DNA of 64,000 nucleotides, taken from Nitrospirota bacterium (GTDB lineage: Bacteria; Nitrospirota; UBA9217). The translations under genes and the position numbers were made by a program. A model generated the notes under the pieces. That model was not told where the DNA came from. It saw nothing but the letters and a program-made list of their open reading frames with translations, and did not search any database. The stretch covers positions 96,001 to 160,000 of the forward strand of contig CAWJQQ010000001.1 in assembly GCA_963845065.1 (NCBI GenBank), written 5' to 3'. Within the stretch, counting starts at the first letter, position 1. Each line of letters starts with the position of its first letter. Below, in pieces: positions 61,657 to 64,000 of this stretch.

Positions 61657-61929
61657 TTGGTATTCGAAGACTTTGAATGGGATGCAGCCAATATCGAACA
61701 TATAACTGAACACCGCGTCACACCAGATGAAGTAGAAGAAGCGTGCGTGGGCGATTCATACACGCGCAAGACCGGTGAAGGGCGCTATCTTGTTTACGGA
61801 ACCACTGACAACGGCAGATATCATTTCATTGTTGGTATTAATAAGGGACGCGGTGTTTACAGGACCATTACGGCACGAGACATGACCGATCGGGAAAAAG
61901 CATTACATAAGAGGAGATGTGCAGTATGA
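61657..61929 (+). CDS. brnT: BrnT-family toxin
   Basis: FEWD..N..HI..H.V..DE.EEA..G.T..GR..ITARDMT..E. Confidence 0.85.
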   Translation: MVFEDFEWDAANIEHITEHRVTPDEVEEACVGDSYTRKTGEGRYLVYGTTDNGRYHFIVGINKGRGVYRTITARDMTDREKALHKRRCAV

Positions 61930-62186
61930 GTAAAATGGAAAAAATACCAAAATTTAAATCAGAAAAAAAAGAGACCGATTTTTGGTCAACACACGATAGT
62001 ACCAAGTACGAAACGGAAGAAGCGAAAGTCAAGTTTGCACGTCCTAAGAAAAAGCTGGTATCGCTCAGGCTGGACGATAAAACGATTTATCAACTAAAAA
62101 AAATCGCGGAGAGCAAAGGCATAGGATATCTCCAACTGGTTCGCATGTGGGTGCTTGAAAATCTTAGCAAGACAAAAGCCGCATAA
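61926..62186 (+). CDS. BrnA/CopG-like antitoxin
   Basis: IPKFKSE..E.DFW.THD, VSLRL..A..KGIGY.QL.RMW. Confidence 0.85.
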   Translation: MSKMEKIPKFKSEKKETDFWSTHDSTKYETEEAKVKFARPKKKLVSLRLDDKTIYQLKKIAESKGIGYLQLVRMWVLENLSKTKAA

Positions 62187-62430
62187 TTTTATCGGCCATG
62201 TATTTAAAATTCCATCCGAACAATTGAGCCATACCCAATCTTTGCGAATGCAACGAAGCTGGGCTGGTGAAAAGAGTGTAAAAAGAATTTGCAGCCTGGA
62301 AAAAAATATTTCTTGTATCACAATAAAGTTGCAAATCTCAATCGCTGTATAGTTGATATCATGTCAAGTACTCAAGCGACCTTTACTCTCGTCATACCTC
62401 AAGATCTCTATCGGGAATCAAGATTTATCA

Positions 62431-63036
62431 ATGAAGAAGAAATTTGAGAAAGTATATCAATTTAAAATCACTCTGAAAGGAATCAAGCCTTCGGTATGGC
62501 GCAGGATTCAGGTCCCGGAAACGTATACATTTTGAGATTTGCATGTTGCCGTGCAGGATGCCATGGGCTGGCAAGATTATCATTTGCATGATTTTATCAT
62601 CCGCAACCCAGTTACGCATGCAAAGGAACGAATAGGCATTCCAGATGATGATTTTGATCTGGTTATCCTGCCGGGATGGGAGTGCGATATCGCTGATTAT
62701 TTTTCGATGAAGGACAACACTGCTGCATATATCTATGACTACGGCGATAATTGGGAACATGCGGTAAAACTTGAGAAGATACTACCAAGAGACAAAGCAA
62801 CAAAATATCCTCGTTGCCATGACGGCAAGAGGGCATGTCCGCCGGAGGACTGCGGAGGGGTACATGGATATGAAGAATTCCTGGAGGCAATCATGGACCC
62901 CGTACATAAACAGCACGAAGACATGCTGCGATGGGCGGGTAATGATTTCGAACCCGAACGGTTTGCCCCGGATGAAGTTATCTTTGAGGATCCTCGGAAG
63001 CGGTGGAAACAAGCCTTTGGAATGAGCGCTCGTTGA
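62431..63036 (+). pseudogene. pRiA4b ORF-3 family protein with an internal TGA
   Basis: YQFKITL..IKP.VWRRIQVP..TF*DLH.AVQDAMGW.DYHLH..YDYGDNWEH..ACPPEDCGG. Confidence 0.85.
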
Positions 63037-63265
63037 ATATATAGAATTTGGTTTTTAAGTATACTTTGGACTCAGGATGGAAATGAGAGGTTATCAACTG
63101 AACTAAATGCGATTATTCCTTCCTCTTCTAAGAAAGTTTGCATATATGAGCTGAAAAGAAGAGGAAGGCACAGAAGACGAAGAGATTGAAGGAATATAAA
63201 GCATGAATCTCCGGGCGCAAAAATGATTTTTAAGACCGGATGGTAGGAGAGGGTTTATCGCTATC

Positions 63266-63685
63266 ATGAAAAAGCAAGTGGAGTATCTTCAGAGGTTGTT
63301 TTACGATATTTGGAATGATTTTGGAAGCGTCTATCTCCTCGTGAAATATTCAAGCAGAACAAATATCGGCAAACGTGGTTTCACTGAAGAGGAAAAGAAA
63401 CAGGGACTGATTCTCGTCTTTAATAATAAAACCAGTAATACGCTGGACTGGGACGCTGAGGGGAATCTCACCTGCGTCCTCGCCTTTGGAACGCATAAAG
63501 AAGATGTTTATGTTCATCACGATGATCTGCAGGGCGTATTCTCACCGGATGCAGGCGTGCAGTTTCTCAGGACCGATGTGAGCAAGGAAACTGAGGCGTC
63601 GCCCGGGAAGGATGACGGGCATGATGACAAGCAGGTCGTCTCGATTAGCAAGTTTAAAAAACGCAAATCACATGAGCAGGCTTGA
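63266..63685 (+). CDS. SspB-like (ClpXP adaptor-like) hypothetical protein
   Basis: Beta-rich core, acidic linker, and C-terminal VVSISKFKKRK resembling the VVSLDxFRKK tail. Confidence 0.6.
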   Translation: MKKQVEYLQRLFYDIWNDFGSVYLLVKYSSRTNIGKRGFTEEEKKQGLILVFNNKTSNTLDWDAEGNLTCVLAFGTHKEDVYVHHDDLQGVFSPDAGVQFLRTDVSKETEASPGKDDGHDDKQVVSISKFKKRKSHEQA

Positions 63686-63717
63686 AGTAACTTATTGACA
63701 GCTTTGTATAAAGGGCA

Positions 63718-63838
63718 TTCGGGTCCATACCCCAACGGTCGTCGGTTCTGATCCAGTCCCCGCTATCAAACAATTCATGGGTTTACAGCAAATGATGCAA
63801 TCCTTTCTTTTTTATCAGGATGGTATCAGGACAATTAA
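63718..63838 (+). repeat. Degenerate tRNA-fMet 3' fragment plus attachment arm (type Y), copy 4
   Basis: TCGGGTCCATACCCCAACGGTCGTCGGTTC..CCCCGCTATCA, then ATCAGGATGGTATCAGGACAATTA. Confidence 0.7.
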
Positions 63839-64000
63839 GATATTGGCCATTTTTTCACATGCCTCTTGGCCCTAATGTGTCTCATTACTAGTTAAAAACT
63901 CAAAGGCGCTTACTATCTCATCAAAAATCATTTTTTGATGTGCTTGCGTTTCTACACAGTTTGGCATATTCTCTTAAGAAAAATCATGCCTAAAAGCCCC

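Noticed and set aside
62533..62535. TGA recoding (Trp or Sec)
   Set aside because: Many intact genes in the window end in TGA, and the position is not a Cys site.

Overview
A 64 kb accessory region from a bacterial genome, possibly Nitrospirota or a deltaproteobacterium (inferred only from gene content and riboswitch type). It is a mosaic of intact genes, pseudogene fragments and recombination-site remnants. Intact genes include aceB-aceA, a riboswitch-led cluster of large surface lipoproteins, four type II toxin-antitoxin pairs, a ClC channel, grpE-cbpA-cbpM, pirin, two MFS transporters, a B12 radical SAM protein and a LolCDE-like ABC operon. Mobile elements include the 5' end of a group II intron, an IS91 transposase paired with a tyrosine recombinase, a complete IS1380 with a 5-bp target duplication, and IS fragments. 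Two non-coding architectures stand out. (1) A dispersed integron-like system with no IntI in the window, all on the minus strand: about ten attC or attC-like sites, three homologous promoter + attI-like platforms, and a conserved ORF-less element that abuts seven attC sites at a near-fixed distance. (2) A family of integrase attachment-arm repeats (IHF-type box plus CAGGAYAGTA-like direct repeats) tied to tRNA-fMet 3' fragments, which bracket toxin-antitoxin modules. No complete tRNA, rRNA or CRISPR array was found. All calls were made by eye from the sequence and ORF track, without database searches.
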